A stretch of DNA of 64,000 bases from Thalia democratica (lineage: Eukaryota). Shown piece after piece: positions 10,758-22,884 of this stretch; position 1 is the stretch's first letter, and the number at the start of each line of letters is the position of its first letter. Where the stretch lies: assembly GCA_965202585.1 (NCBI GenBank), contig OZ241828.1, positions 24,490,001-24,554,000 on the forward strand, written 5' to 3'. The notes beneath the pieces were generated by a model, which made no database searches, had not been told where the DNA came from, and saw only the letters and a program-made list of their open reading frames with translations. The position numbers were made by a program, and so were the translations under genes.

Positions 10758-12552
10758 ACTAGCTTCTAACTAACAACATATATACTACTATCAGAGAACA
10801 TTTAGTTACTAAAACTAACTTTTAAAATTAATGATGGCCTTAGCTTAAAATTAAAAATTTTAATGGTGTAGAAAGTATATTAGCAGACTTATTAATATTG
10901 TTAAGTATTTTTTTTCTCTATTTATTTTTAATTAAAAAATCTGCTAAGCACTACAAAATCTACAATTTTTTTTTACATAACGCAGAAGTTCAGAACAATA
11001 TAACAATGTTTACAGGTTTTATAAGTCTACCTACATGAAAAAAATAAAAATAAACGTTTTAAAAAAGAATCAATAAAAAATGCATTTAAAACTAAATAAT
11101 GTTTTATGTTTTAATTACTGCAATTTACATTGAGTCAAAACACAAAATATACATTTTTATTTTATATTTTTTCTCAACCTCACTTAAATTTGTATATGCT
11201 TTCTTATATGACATAGTGCACACAATTTGTTGAAATTATGAAAGATCACTAATTTTAAATTATAATGCCTATGCTGTTACTTACACTTTTTATTACTAAA
11301 TTCTTATTATTAATAATGTTAATTAATTTAAATAGTTATTTAATAACTAAAGTTTTGTATAAAATTTTAGACAACCATAGTAATTTAATAAATTTTACCA
11401 ATTTTAAATGTAGTATAAGTGATAAAGTAAAAACTTTTTAACATTTATATATTTAACTTAAAACAAAAGTGTTTATTTAAGTTAAATTTACTAACAGCAA
11501 ATTTAAAACATAATATAGTTAAAAATAAAAACAAAACGATTATCTAAGCCTAATATTAAAATGCACTTTTTTGCTTTTATTTCCGCTTACACATAAAATA
11601 TACGATAATTTATTAAGCAGGTTTGTTTTTATGTATTTATTTAATTCAAAAACGCAAATTTTTGTAAATCTAAATATAAAGTTTTTATTTCTTAGTAACT
11701 TAACTTAGCTTAATACACGTGTAATTTTTATCTTAAATGTATTCATTTCGATTATATCTAGTAAAGTATCATTCGGCTTAGTACAACAGCTAACCTTCTT
11801 TTGGGTTTATAGTTGAAAACGGAAGCTTCATGGTAAAAAAAATCTTTTTTAATCTAAATTTGTTCATGCTACATTTTTACTGCTCTTTGAACACGTCTTT
11901 GAACACTTAAATTTTGAGTATAAAAACTTTTATTTTAATTGCCGAGTTCGTGTTTCGTGACGAAACTATCCATAAAAGTTCATTGCTAATTTAAAAAAAA
12001 ATGATTTAAAGCTAAAATTTTGATATGAATATATCACAATTTTTACAAGTTGCATAAGTTTTGAAAACTAAGCATAACATTTTCGATGGTACTTAATAAA
12101 TCTAAATTATGCTGGTTATTGTAGATTTTGTAATTTATCAGTTTTATGATACATTGCTAGATTTATTAAGTGTTCAGCTTTCTAAAAGAGTTGAAAACTA
12201 ATAAACTTCTGAACAAAATTACTTAATTTTAAAATGTTTTTTTTTTCAACTGTTCTTTATAAACTTATCATCAAAGACTTTGTTGGACACTTATGCAAAA
12301 TTTTATTTTCCCTAAGGTGTCAAAACTTTGATAATTTAAAGAAATTTATGTTTTTCACTTAAATTTTTTTTTTTTTTTAAATAACAACAAATAAATATAT
12401 AAAATATTCCCCGAAAAAACTAGTATTCACAAACAAAATAAGTGTTAATTAATAATGATTTGTGTTTCTTTTTACTTGGTTGAACTAGATATAGCTTGTT
12501 TGTTAGCTAAAGGAATATGAAAGATCGCGCGATCTACAAAGTCCAAAGACTA

Positions 12553-12690
12553 TTAGTAAACTGTCATGTGCCTCAAATGTTTTTGCAAGCCTCTAAAAAC
12601 ACTGCGCATCCTGTATTTGATGTTAGTAAGTTCACAAGTCTCACCATCGAACACTTCAACAGTGTTTAAAACAAAACATATTTTTCTCAT
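12553..12690 (-). pseudogene. Kelch-repeat remnant K2 (internally deleted)
   Basis: Translates FVLNTVEVFDGETC...SVFRGLQ, homologous to K3 and K4 (LNSAEVFD...FVFGGLQ). Confidence 0.6.
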
Positions 12691-13836
12691 TTCGAAATAT
12701 TTGAGCGTTGATATTTTTAATGCATATAATAAACTAATCGTGTAATAAAAAAAACAGAGATCGAACTTTAACATCTAACAAAGTGTAAAGAAAAAAAGTT
12801 TACGGTATTTAGTTACCTTAGATTTAACTACTTTTTATATAGAAAGTTCAGTTAATTTTGCAAATTTTGTAATTTATTATAAAAAAGCTGTTACGTTCAC
12901 GATGCATATCATTAGTTATATTGCTAACAGCTTTCAAAACAAATCTTACAAGATAACGAAAATTGTTAAAAGAACAATTTACAATCTATAACAAATTAAT
13001 TTAAGTTAGAAAAATAGTAAGTATAGAAGTATTAGCGCAAAAAAAAAAAATTAATAAAAGTATATAATTTTAGCAAAGCGACAAACAAATAATTGATATT
13101 TTTAATTCATTTATTATTTATTTAACATTGTTTAATGTAATTTAAAAAGATAGTTTAAGCTTACTTTATTTAAATGCTATTTAATTTAATAATTAAGTTA
13201 ATATAAAATATTCAAAACCGAAGAATGCACCATATGTTTAATTTACTACACTGTTTTATACTCACCTAATTTATGTAGTTATAAGCTTTACATCGATACT
13301 TTTTTGACTTATTTGGTAATTAAAAAGTTTGTACTTAAGGTTAACTTAGTTATTAAAATTCGTTCAAAGCTAAAATTTTTAACAAGTAGTTTTAAAAACA
13401 CAGCAAAATTGATCCTGTGAAGGTTTTATTATCAATTTGTACAATTGAATGATGTAGTCTTACTTTTTAGTACTAATAGCCGTTTTTAATATAAAAGAAA
13501 ACTGTAGAAAAAATCTCATTATTAATACTTCTATTTATTTACTAAGTAATAAGACTACATTCTCTTTGTATTTTCATTGTATAAACTATTTATTTTATAA
13601 AGGTACATATCTCTTGTGGAGAATATAAAGAAAGAAATACAACTCTTATCTTATAAAACAATAAAAAATAAAAACACTTTAAATTAAAACACAATAAAGT
13701 GGAATGTACAAGTCAAAGTAAACAATTTTTTACCTATAGTTATACTTTGCAAAATTAAATAACAAATTTTATAACACATTAGTGCCTAAAAATTGTGACT
13801 TATCAAAGTATATAATGACGTTGATCTCATCAAATC

Positions 13837-15082
13837 TTATTTTAACAATTTAAATTCAATATTTTTACTTTTCATAGGCTTATTGTTGTGCTTGCATTGT
13901 ACTTCATTTTTTTTATATTGATCAATGGTTCTTTCACCGGGAAAACAACTCAATATTTCCAAGCCACTTACACAAAACCCTTCTTCTACTTTAGAAACCC
14001 AAGGTAAATATTTTGAAAATTTATCAAAACACCTTTCAGCTTTACTATAGTTCTTTTTCTTAAAACTGATTAGAAAGTATTTAACGAGTTCGTACCTTGG
14101 TTTCGTCTTAAACCCAACGTTCAACTCGATGTTTCGTGGACTTTCGTATATCTTGTTAATACTAAACAGCTCATCAAGGGAAATTAATACCCAATTTTTA
14201 ATACTTTTTGTTAAACCAGTAAGGAATTTTTGTTCACCTTTGATAAGATATTCAAACATCTTTTAATAACTCAAGTATTTTCTTTTTAATAGTGCATCTA
14301 TCATGGCTTTAGTTTTTAAGAACTTAATGAAAAAACAATTTTTATTTATGCAGCAGTCAAATTTTATTTGGTTTTCTACAAAATATTTTTTGTTTTTACT
14401 TGAAAACGAACGGACGCAGTTATCGTTTAAATATTTTTTAAGAATAAAATCAACAGAATTCATTGAACCAAAATAGATAACAGTAAGTGACTTTCCAAAT
14501 TTTACTTTAAGTACATCTGTAATGACATCATTTTTTAGTGTCATCTTAAAAGCAAACATATTTTAACATCCTCATCTGTTGTGTTTATAATTGTCCCGAT
14601 CAAAACTGCATATTGAGTTTCTTTCCATTTAAAATTAATTTTTTCTTCAGTTTTCAACTTCAAACTATCTGTGACTTTCAGCAGTTTTTGTCTATATGTT
14701 TCAACTTGTAATTCCTTTTCAAACTTTTCTACCAAATACAACTTTTTCAAATGGTACTCTGCAAGGTATGTTTAGCTTTTTGAATTAAATGAGTACACAT
14801 TTTTTTAACGGAGTTTCTTTCTTTAGTTAAACTTACAGATTCAATTAAAAACAAATGGACTTCAGCGTATCTTTTTGACTCAAGAAGCCCGTTCATTTGA
14901 GTTTTAACATCAGTTATATCAGTGACACCAATACTTTCAATTTTCATCACAATTCCAAATTCACTCATACTAGGAAGTAATCTACCAATGAAAAGCGAGT
15001 ATTTGTTACCATGGTAATCATACTTGAGAGATTTGTCCAAATAAGATTCTTCAAACATAAAACTATCTTGATGACTACTCAT
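13837..15082 (-). pseudogene. Family X copy B1, several frameshifts
   Basis: ATG at 15082 (MSSHQDSFMFEESYLDKSLKYDYHGNKYSLFIG). The family sequence is split across four successive track ORFs (14747..15082, 14541..14750, 14263..14559, 13837..14259) and reaches GLEILSCFP. Confidence 0.88.
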
Positions 15083-17199
15083 GCTAGAAAGCCTGCTATT
15101 TTTTTTTTTACTAAATTAATAAACTTATCAAAACCTTGACTTTTATCAATCCTAAGTGTTTTAATTGGTTTAACAATTTTAAAGGTAAAAAAAAAACATA
15201 TCTTCTAACACAAAAGTTAAATTTAAAGTAAATTTCTAAATGTGTAGAAAATATACAATAAGTAGACTTGTCTGTTAACAAGAAGTACTTTGAAATAAAT
15301 TTTTTTTATTCAAGCATTTTAAATAAAACAAAAATCATAAAAAAAAACATTTTTTTTCAAAGGATTACGAAAACAAATAAATTTCAAAACCTCTATACAT
15401 TTTTAAAGCACTATAAACTATATTGAGTCCATATCTTATTATACAGTACTTGTATTTTTGTTATTTAACCTCTCTTAAACTTGTGTTTGATTTGAAGTGT
15501 CTCAGAATAATAAAATATTTCAGCAAATGATGTAAAAAATATAAAGCTAACAGATCACTACAAAAACAATACCTTAGCTGATACTAAACATACTCAACAG
15601 AATAAATTTTCTGATATCTACGTACTTTTAATTTAACTTCTTACTTGAAAACAAATCTATCCAAAAAAATATATCTGTTAAAATGGTGTTAGAAATCTAT
15701 CTACATGAAAAAACTGACAATAAACTTTTTTTCTAGCTTGTCATTAAGAAGTAAATTTTAAAACGAATACTTTTTAAGCACTTTAAACTGCATTTAGTTA
15801 ACAAAAAAATATAAAATAGTTTATTGGTTTAGCTATTTTAGTTTTTATTTTTTTATTTTCACTTAAGTCTGTATTTGATTTTTAATATAACATAGTGCAC
15901 ATAATTTATTGGAATAAAATGAAAGCTCACTAAAATTTAAACTTTTATACTTTAGCTGATATTAAACATTTTTTTACTAAATTCTTTTCTATTATCTTCA
16001 TATTTAAATTAAACTTTTACTTAAAATAAAAGTTTTAGTTCTAGATCTAGATAACCATTTAGCAACATCTACCAATTTTATATGTTATAATCTACAGTTA
16101 TAATTTAAAGTAATTATTCTAAAAAACTCAAGTCTTAACATGTTTAGTTGAAAATAAAACAGTTAATTTAATTTTAACAACATTAACTTGAAAAAATTTT
16201 AATACAAAACTTAGTAAAAACAAAAACAAAACATTTTTTAATGTTATTTAACCTGTAAACATTGTAATAAAATCTAAGATAAAAACTTTGTTAAACAGCT
16301 CTTTTTACTTTGTAGAGTTTTAATTCAAAAACGCAAGTGTTTGTGGAACGAACTATAAAGTTTTAAATGTTTATTTTTTCAGCATAACATTTAAATATTT
16401 TCTATAAAAGTAAAAAAACTATTATGAATATTTTGTAAGTTTAAATACTAATGTTAAGCTAAATATTATTTAACATAAACAAAGGCTCTTAATTTTTGAT
16501 ACTGTGGTGAGAAATGGCAAATTTATGTTAAAAGTACAATCAGAAATTAATAATATTTGACTTCGTTAATGTTAGATTTTTTACATTGTTAACCTCAATT
16601 ATCCTCATGAATTATCAGAACATGTTGTTTTTTAGGAAACCCTAAAGTGACAAAACGTTTAATTAAATTCCATCAGTAACTGAGTGGAATGTTGGTTTTA
16701 AGTTTAAATATTATATGAAAGTTCAAAAGCTTTACTTGTTTAAAGTTTGAAAAATTTAGAATAACATTTTAGCTTGACAAGTTTATTAGTTATAAAATAC
16801 TTTACCAAATTAGTTTTAAATTTTAAAATGTTAGATCTCTTAAAATACTATATCACAGCTATTGAAAATTGTATGTATATACTTCATATATAAATTTATG
16901 TTATTACGTTGTTTTTTAATTTAAAAAATAGACTAAAACATTTTTTAGTTTTCCAATTATAGAAAATATAATTTATTTAAGTTTAATTAATTTATCTGAA
17001 AATTAAAATTAACATTTCAACGTTAAAAGTCTCCTTAACCATTTCCTCATGGTTTTCACAACTTATTAAAACATATTTTAATAATTTATAAAACCCTTTA
17101 ATTAAACCTAAGCTTAGAACTATCGACTAAAACAAAAAATGCACAAGTTTAAAGACTACAAGACTAACAATGAGAATCATAATTTAAAATTTCAAGTTG

Positions 17200-17640
17200 G
17201 TATTTAAAATGCAAATGCTGTCAAGTTGGTAAAACTTCACTTCCCTTTGATTAAATGCCAGAATTTACGATGATCGAAGTTTTATTTACGGTAACGCGGA
17301 TCATGAAAAGTGTGCAGAAAATCAACACTTTCCAACTACGATGCCTTATTCATAGAACTTGATTCTTAGATCTTACAAAAGGTCACCAAAAGGCAAGTGT
17401 TGGTATGCACTCGCCTCAGCCAGTTCAAACATGTTATAAAAATCGGCGACAAGTAAAGGATATGAACCTAAAAGGTATGTTGTACACCTAGTTCATTTAA
17501 AACAAAGTTTTAACTTCTGAGCGCGAATTATCTTAAATAAAACCAACTATGAATCAGAGGAGTTTGCTGATGACGCGAAAAATATCAAAGTTATACAAAA
17601 ACATGAAAGAGAGAGAAGAAGAAACACCTTTAAACACTTA
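17200..17640. other. Unassigned GC-elevated segment conserved in blocks 1 and 3 (possible decayed gene)
   Basis: Clear paralog at about 50320-50800. Minus strand reads ESVDFLHTFHDPRYRK*NFDHRKFWHLIKGK*SFTNLTAF; no family recognised. Confidence 0.4.
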
Positions 17641-17771
17641 AGTAGACGAATAAACAAAAATTACAAATAGACTTTTTTTTTGTTTTATGATACTTTCTTG
17701 CATCACTGTGTTTGTGTGTGTTTTAGTAATTGTTTTTTTTATTACGCAACATAACACTTTTATGTTAAACA

Positions 17772-18170
17772 TTAAATTTCGATTATCGAGTCTGGAGGCA
17801 ACTCAATGCTCGGTTCTAACTCGATAATATCCGGTTTGAATTTTCTTCATTCTGCATTGTACTCGTGTCCTCTTTATTAAGATTCGAAGTCCAAGCTACT
17901 GTTTTTCCACATTCAGGAAATTTGCTGTTATTTTCATCGAAACAGTTAGAATGAAAATATAGCCCGTAGCTGGTCTATATTAACGGAAATTTTTGTTTAA
18001 TTTCCTTCAAATCTACAATACTGTGACTTTCTTCATTTTGTTGCATTTAAGGCAGAAATCGTAAAGGCTGCTTTTGCAAATGTATGAAATATCTGTTTGT
18101 TTTTCCTTTATACATCCAGACAATTTTCTTGTTTTGCTGAAAACGTTCCAAAAAATATCCCATAAACCAT
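17772..18170 (-). pseudogene. RBX1/APC11-like RING-H2 gene remnant R1
   Basis: ATG at 18170, TAA at 17772-17774. Across frameshifts reads W...DISYICKSSLYDFCLKC...KFPLI*TSYGLYFHSNCFDENNSKFPECGKTVAW, compared with RBX1 W..DNCAICRNHIMDLCIEC...C.VAWG.CNHAFHFHCI..W....CP....W. Confidence 0.68.
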
Positions 18171-18881
18171 GATTTTGATATTGTTTATTGTTAAACTTAA
18201 ATATTATATAATTTTTTATTGAACGATTACACTAAAGTTAAAAATATACGAACATTTACAAAAATTTACATAGACATAAAATATTATACATACAAATATA
18301 AATATAGTTTTGTTTATTTTTTATTTTGACTTTCAAATAGTTTGCTTCCACGTATTACTACCATGGAAATAAATGTAAATTAATTAGTTATTTTAAATAA
18401 AATTAAATGTTATAATATTAATCTTGGTCTACATTGTCATACGCATTAAAAAACTTTTAAGGTTGAAATATCATCATTTAATGATATTCGAGAAATGCTT
18501 AAAACATCTTTTAAAAACTAATTTTACTAGTTTTGTACTCTATGAATTATTTACGTTTAAACTAGTTTAACAGAAAACAAAGATATTTTCATTATTCAAA
18601 TTTAACAATGTTCTAATGATTAATAACTACTTTTTAATTATAGTAAGTGTTTTAATTGACTCGAATAAAAAAATTATGCAAACTTTATGCAACATTTTTG
18701 TACAATTTTTTAAACAATTTTGTGTCGACTAAAAATTGACATCTGAAAGAGTTAGTGACGAAACTTGAAACTTCCAGGAATTTTTTAGACTATTTGAGAT
18801 ATATGTACGATTTCATTTTGGAGTCGCAATGGATTAAACACGTAATTTGTGGAGCGTTGCTTTCCAGTAAGTAAGAGAAGA

Positions 18882-19202
18882 GCAAGTTAGCACATTTGCG
18901 CGCTTTTTGCCATCTTTACGAAGCAAAGCCAAAAAAAGGCGGCGCTTTCTGAGGCAAATATTAAGTTTAACCAGAATGTAAACAAGGTTGAATTTGCGAA
19001 GCAAGGTCAAAGAAAGCGAGATTTTCTTAGAAACAAATTCTATTTTAATGCTTTGTTAAAACAGTAGTTTTTTACAAACTAAACATTTTTAGTAGTATTT
19101 GGAAAAATGCACACAACTTTTTTAAGATTTAAATTATTTAACTTGCTTTCTTCGGTTTTGCTTCGAAAAATAAGCACTAAGGCGCGCGGTATGTGACCTT
19201 GC
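18882..19202. mobile_element. Possible MITE: imperfect inverted repeats of about 49 bp in a CpG-rich patch
   Basis: GCAAGTTAGCACATTTGCGCGC...CGAAGCAAAGCC (18882-18930) versus the reverse complement of 19154-19202, GCAAGGTCACATACCGCGCGCC...CGAAGCAAAACC. No TSD identified. Confidence 0.35.
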
Positions 19203-20184
19203 TTTTAGCTATTCAATAAAAACTGTTTTTAAATCAAATTGTTTTTATTTGTCTATAGCTTACTGAACTAATATACTTAACCCAAAAACTATTCTAAGAA
19301 ACTAATTTATGTTAATTATTTTTAAGTTGTCCGCGCGGAGAGCCTGGCAGCCCCGACGGAACAGATACTGCATTTGAGTAAATTATGTGTCTCACACTCA
19401 TATCCAATCAGTATATATAAACAATGTATAAAATATACAAATATCAATTATAAATATCAAATATGCATATCAATATATGATGAATATGAATATAGGGAAT
19501 ATGAATATTATTAATGGGAATCAATAACAATAACAAATACTAATAATAGTATGAACATTTAACAGGATGTAATAATTCTAAATAGTTATATATAAATACA
19601 GAAAACTTAAACTACCACTAATATACTAAATAAATTACTAAAATATTATTAACAACTATTTTTTACTAAATTTTGTTATTAAACAAATTAGAAATGTAAG
19701 CTTGCAATTAAAGAAAATCAAGAGAGAATTGAGCATTTACAAGATAGCAGTCAACAATAGGTTACAACAAGTTGTGTTACTCTCAAAGCATATCATGTAA
19801 CTGTCAAGCCCTATCATTAAACTCTGAAGACATAAAACTTGTCTTTAAAAACAACAAATTCTATCTATTATTACGTCATATTTTTTAATTTTAGCGTTCT
19901 TAGAAATATATAACTATTTTGTACTTTTTCGAATAATAGCCTAACACTACACTATCTTTCCTAAAAAGTCTATTTTAGAATTTCTGCTAGGGGTTTCTAA
20001 AACATTTTAGGATCAACCAGAAGGTTGAAATTATTTAGAAAACATGTGTTAATCTTGTACACCTTTTAAAACTAAAAAAAAAATCCAAAGAAACATAAAA
20101 TTTTGAACTCTCTTTACAGCAAACACTTCAAACAAAAAAAAAGTAAAAATGATCACTAGCACCAAAAAAACAATAATAAAAAAA

Positions 20185-20465
20185 AAGCATGAAGTGTGTT
20201 TAATCAATTAAATTGCAAAAATGAATAAATAGGAATACACTGCTTCCAAGTACCAAAATTTGAAGTAACATTATAACACTAAAAGAAATGAAAGCATAAA
20301 AAATTTAGAATTTACATTTGAAATCAAAAATTAATAACAATTTTAATCCCACAACAAAAAAAAATGTGGTGCAGTCAATCAATTAAATTGCTAAGTGAAC
20401 AAAAATAAGTAGGAATACATTGCTGTTATATACCTAAAAAATTGGAGTAAATTTTAACACTAATT
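20185..20465. repeat. Degenerate direct duplication of about 100 bp
   Basis: aatcaattaaa.ttgc.aa...taggaataca.tgc...tacc.aaa.ttg.agtaa..tt.taacactaa occurs at about 20200-20282 and about 20377-20463. Confidence 0.6.
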
Positions 20466-20809
20466 TCAAATATAAAAACTTGAAATGTAGAAAATTTGAT
20501 CTATTAAAAGCATTTAAACAACTTAACTATAATAAAAGTTTGTTTTAATATAATCTTCATTAAAAGTGAAATCTCTATTGAAACGTGAATTTGAGTGTGT
20601 TACTAACATCATATTACTTTACACAGGAAATAGTTGAATGAGTTATTGTTTACTACTTTTATGTATCAAAATTTTAAAGTAACATATTAGTTTTAAACTC
20701 AAAATAAAGAAATTAAAGTATAAAAATTTAGTTTTATACATTTGAATTAAAAAAAATACTCTCAGCAAAAAAATTAGTAATATCATTAAGTTACAGTGTT
20801 AAACTTGCA

Positions 20810-21260
20810 AAATTTCACCAAATCCTGCAGCCAATCAGGATTTCCTAAACGCCATTTAACTGACTCTCCTCCTCAGATCAGTAACCCGCTGCTGGCTCCA
20901 AAATTGTTGCTCCTCCACAGGTCATCTCCACGGTCTTAGCCTGGTTGTCTCCGGCTGTGCTGATAGTTTGGAGTATTGGACTGCTGCCATCGTTTTGCAG
21001 TGGACTGCTTCCTGACACTGCGACCAGTTTGTGAGATGCAACTGCTACTGTCAACTTGCAGTGGCCATCTGTGACAACGGACTGTTTTATCACACTGTCG
21101 ACTCGCTGATGAAATGTGACTGTCACCGTCATCTTGCAGTGGCTATCTGTGACAACGGACTGTTTCATCACACTGTCATCTCGCTGATGAAATGTTACTG
21201 CTACTGTCATCTTTCAGTGGCTGTCAGTGACAACTTTCAACCGGTTGAAGAACTGCTATT
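20810..21260 (-). pseudogene. GC-rich exon-like segment with 78-bp tandem repeats; unknown product, probably decayed
   Basis: Repeat units start at 21061, 21139 and 21217 (partial). One frame is open for 110 aa (track ORF 20878..21210). Another frame has a stop in one unit where the sister unit has a sense codon (TGA/CGA, TAG/TGG). Confidence 0.45.
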
Positions 21261-21996
21261 GAAAACCTTGTTGCAAAAAAATACAAAAAATAAAACAAAC
21301 CCATTGAATCAAAAAAAAAAAAGTATACATACCAGCAGGCAAAAGCCTACTACAGAGAAAATAAAAAAAAATTCACCAAAGAATATCTATTCATCTACTT
21401 CACACAACACTCTGAAGGAAATAGGGGGTTAAACAAACTACTATCATCGACAAAAATACTAATTGTCTTTTTATGCTGCCAACAAAAGAAGTAAAATAAA
21501 ACATTGTAGGAAAATAAATGAGTTAAAAACACACAATAAACAAGCCACCCCATAGTGAGCATAGAAAAATTAGTTGTTATTAGTACTATTATATAACAAT
21601 ATTATAATCATTTTTAGTTTGCTAGTAATGTAATATTACATTAATACTGTACTTTAATTTTTAATTAGTTATTATAAAGATTAACTACAGTTTTTACGAA
21701 ATTACTAGTTATAATTATTAATGTACCACTCTACTTAACTCTTCCTAATACTTAACCACCCTTAATCTGTGTAGATTATTTGTGCCGCCATCTGTGAAAA
21801 ATATAAAATGAAACTTTATTTGCATCAAATACATCTTTAATTATGTATGGCCATATGTGATAGAAAAAACAAGTTAGACAATTCTTAACATTCTGTTTCT
21901 TCGCCATAATTTTGAGACCAGGCTTACGAATAACTTTTGTTTTGTCTACCTTTGGTATTCTCTTCAATTAATCTTCCGTATTCAACGTTCCTTGGC

Positions 21997-22115
21997 AAGA
22001 AACACTAACAGCGTCAATATTGTTTGTGGCAGATTTTGATACTAACGCCGAAAGCTGTTAACAGTGACGCGTCGTGGGTAAACGAAACTGAATGTCGTCC
22101 GAACCCAAGGAGCTA
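21997..22115 (+). repeat. Dispersed repeat of about 120 bp, copy 1 (inverted copy at 59108-59240)
   Basis: ttgtttgtggcagattttgatactaa.gccgaaagctgtt...acagtgacgcgtcgtgggt.aacgaaactgaatg is shared with the reverse complement of 59108-59240. Confidence 0.8.
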
Positions 22116-22884
22116 AACAAAAGTAATAAAAATTCTTTATTTTTATCTCTTCGAACATTATAAAGATTTTATTTTTATTTTAGTTTAAATAATGCCTGTT
22201 AAGTTTGAGAAAAAGATTTTTTTATTTTATTAGTAACTAACACCATTGTTGTAACAAGGCGAAAAGTTTATATAAACAACAACTTAACTATAAAACTTTG
22301 AAGCACAAATTTATCAATTTAAAACATTCTTTTTAGTTATTAGTTTCTGTTTTATTTAAAAACTATTAATTTGAATTTAAGCTTCAGATTTTTTAAAAAC
22401 ACCTTATTTTTATATTATTAACTTTATTGTTCAATAACAAAAATCTAAAGTTTGCTCGCTAAAAACTAATGTTTATTGTTTTTAGTTCGACACAACTTTA
22501 AAACAAAACTTGAAAATATTAAAGATCTTAAAAAGCTAACGTATAACACACGACAAAGTTTGATACGAAGAAAAAGTCCTTATTTAAATAAAAAGACTAA
22601 AATTTATTATTAAAAGAACTGTTTTAGTTTTATTCTCTAATTTGTGTAAGAAAGCGAATATGAGTAAGTACTAATATGAGTATTTAGAAACTTTACTACT
22701 TGTATAAAAATAAGAGAAAAAAAACTTATTTTAGGGTTTTTGCTAGTATACAAAAACGTTGTATTTTTTTTAACTCAATGGTGATTTTATAACTTTAATG
22801 AATATTATAGAAACAGACAAATATAATGTGACTTTTTTTCGGGGAGATCAAATTGTTCTACTGTACATCCTTCTTCGTCTATAT

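Noticed and set aside
18820-19390. CpG-rich patch as a defined promoter or first exon
   Set aside because: Suggestive composition and donor-like sites only; no downstream exon could be linked, and part is explained by an inverted-repeat element.
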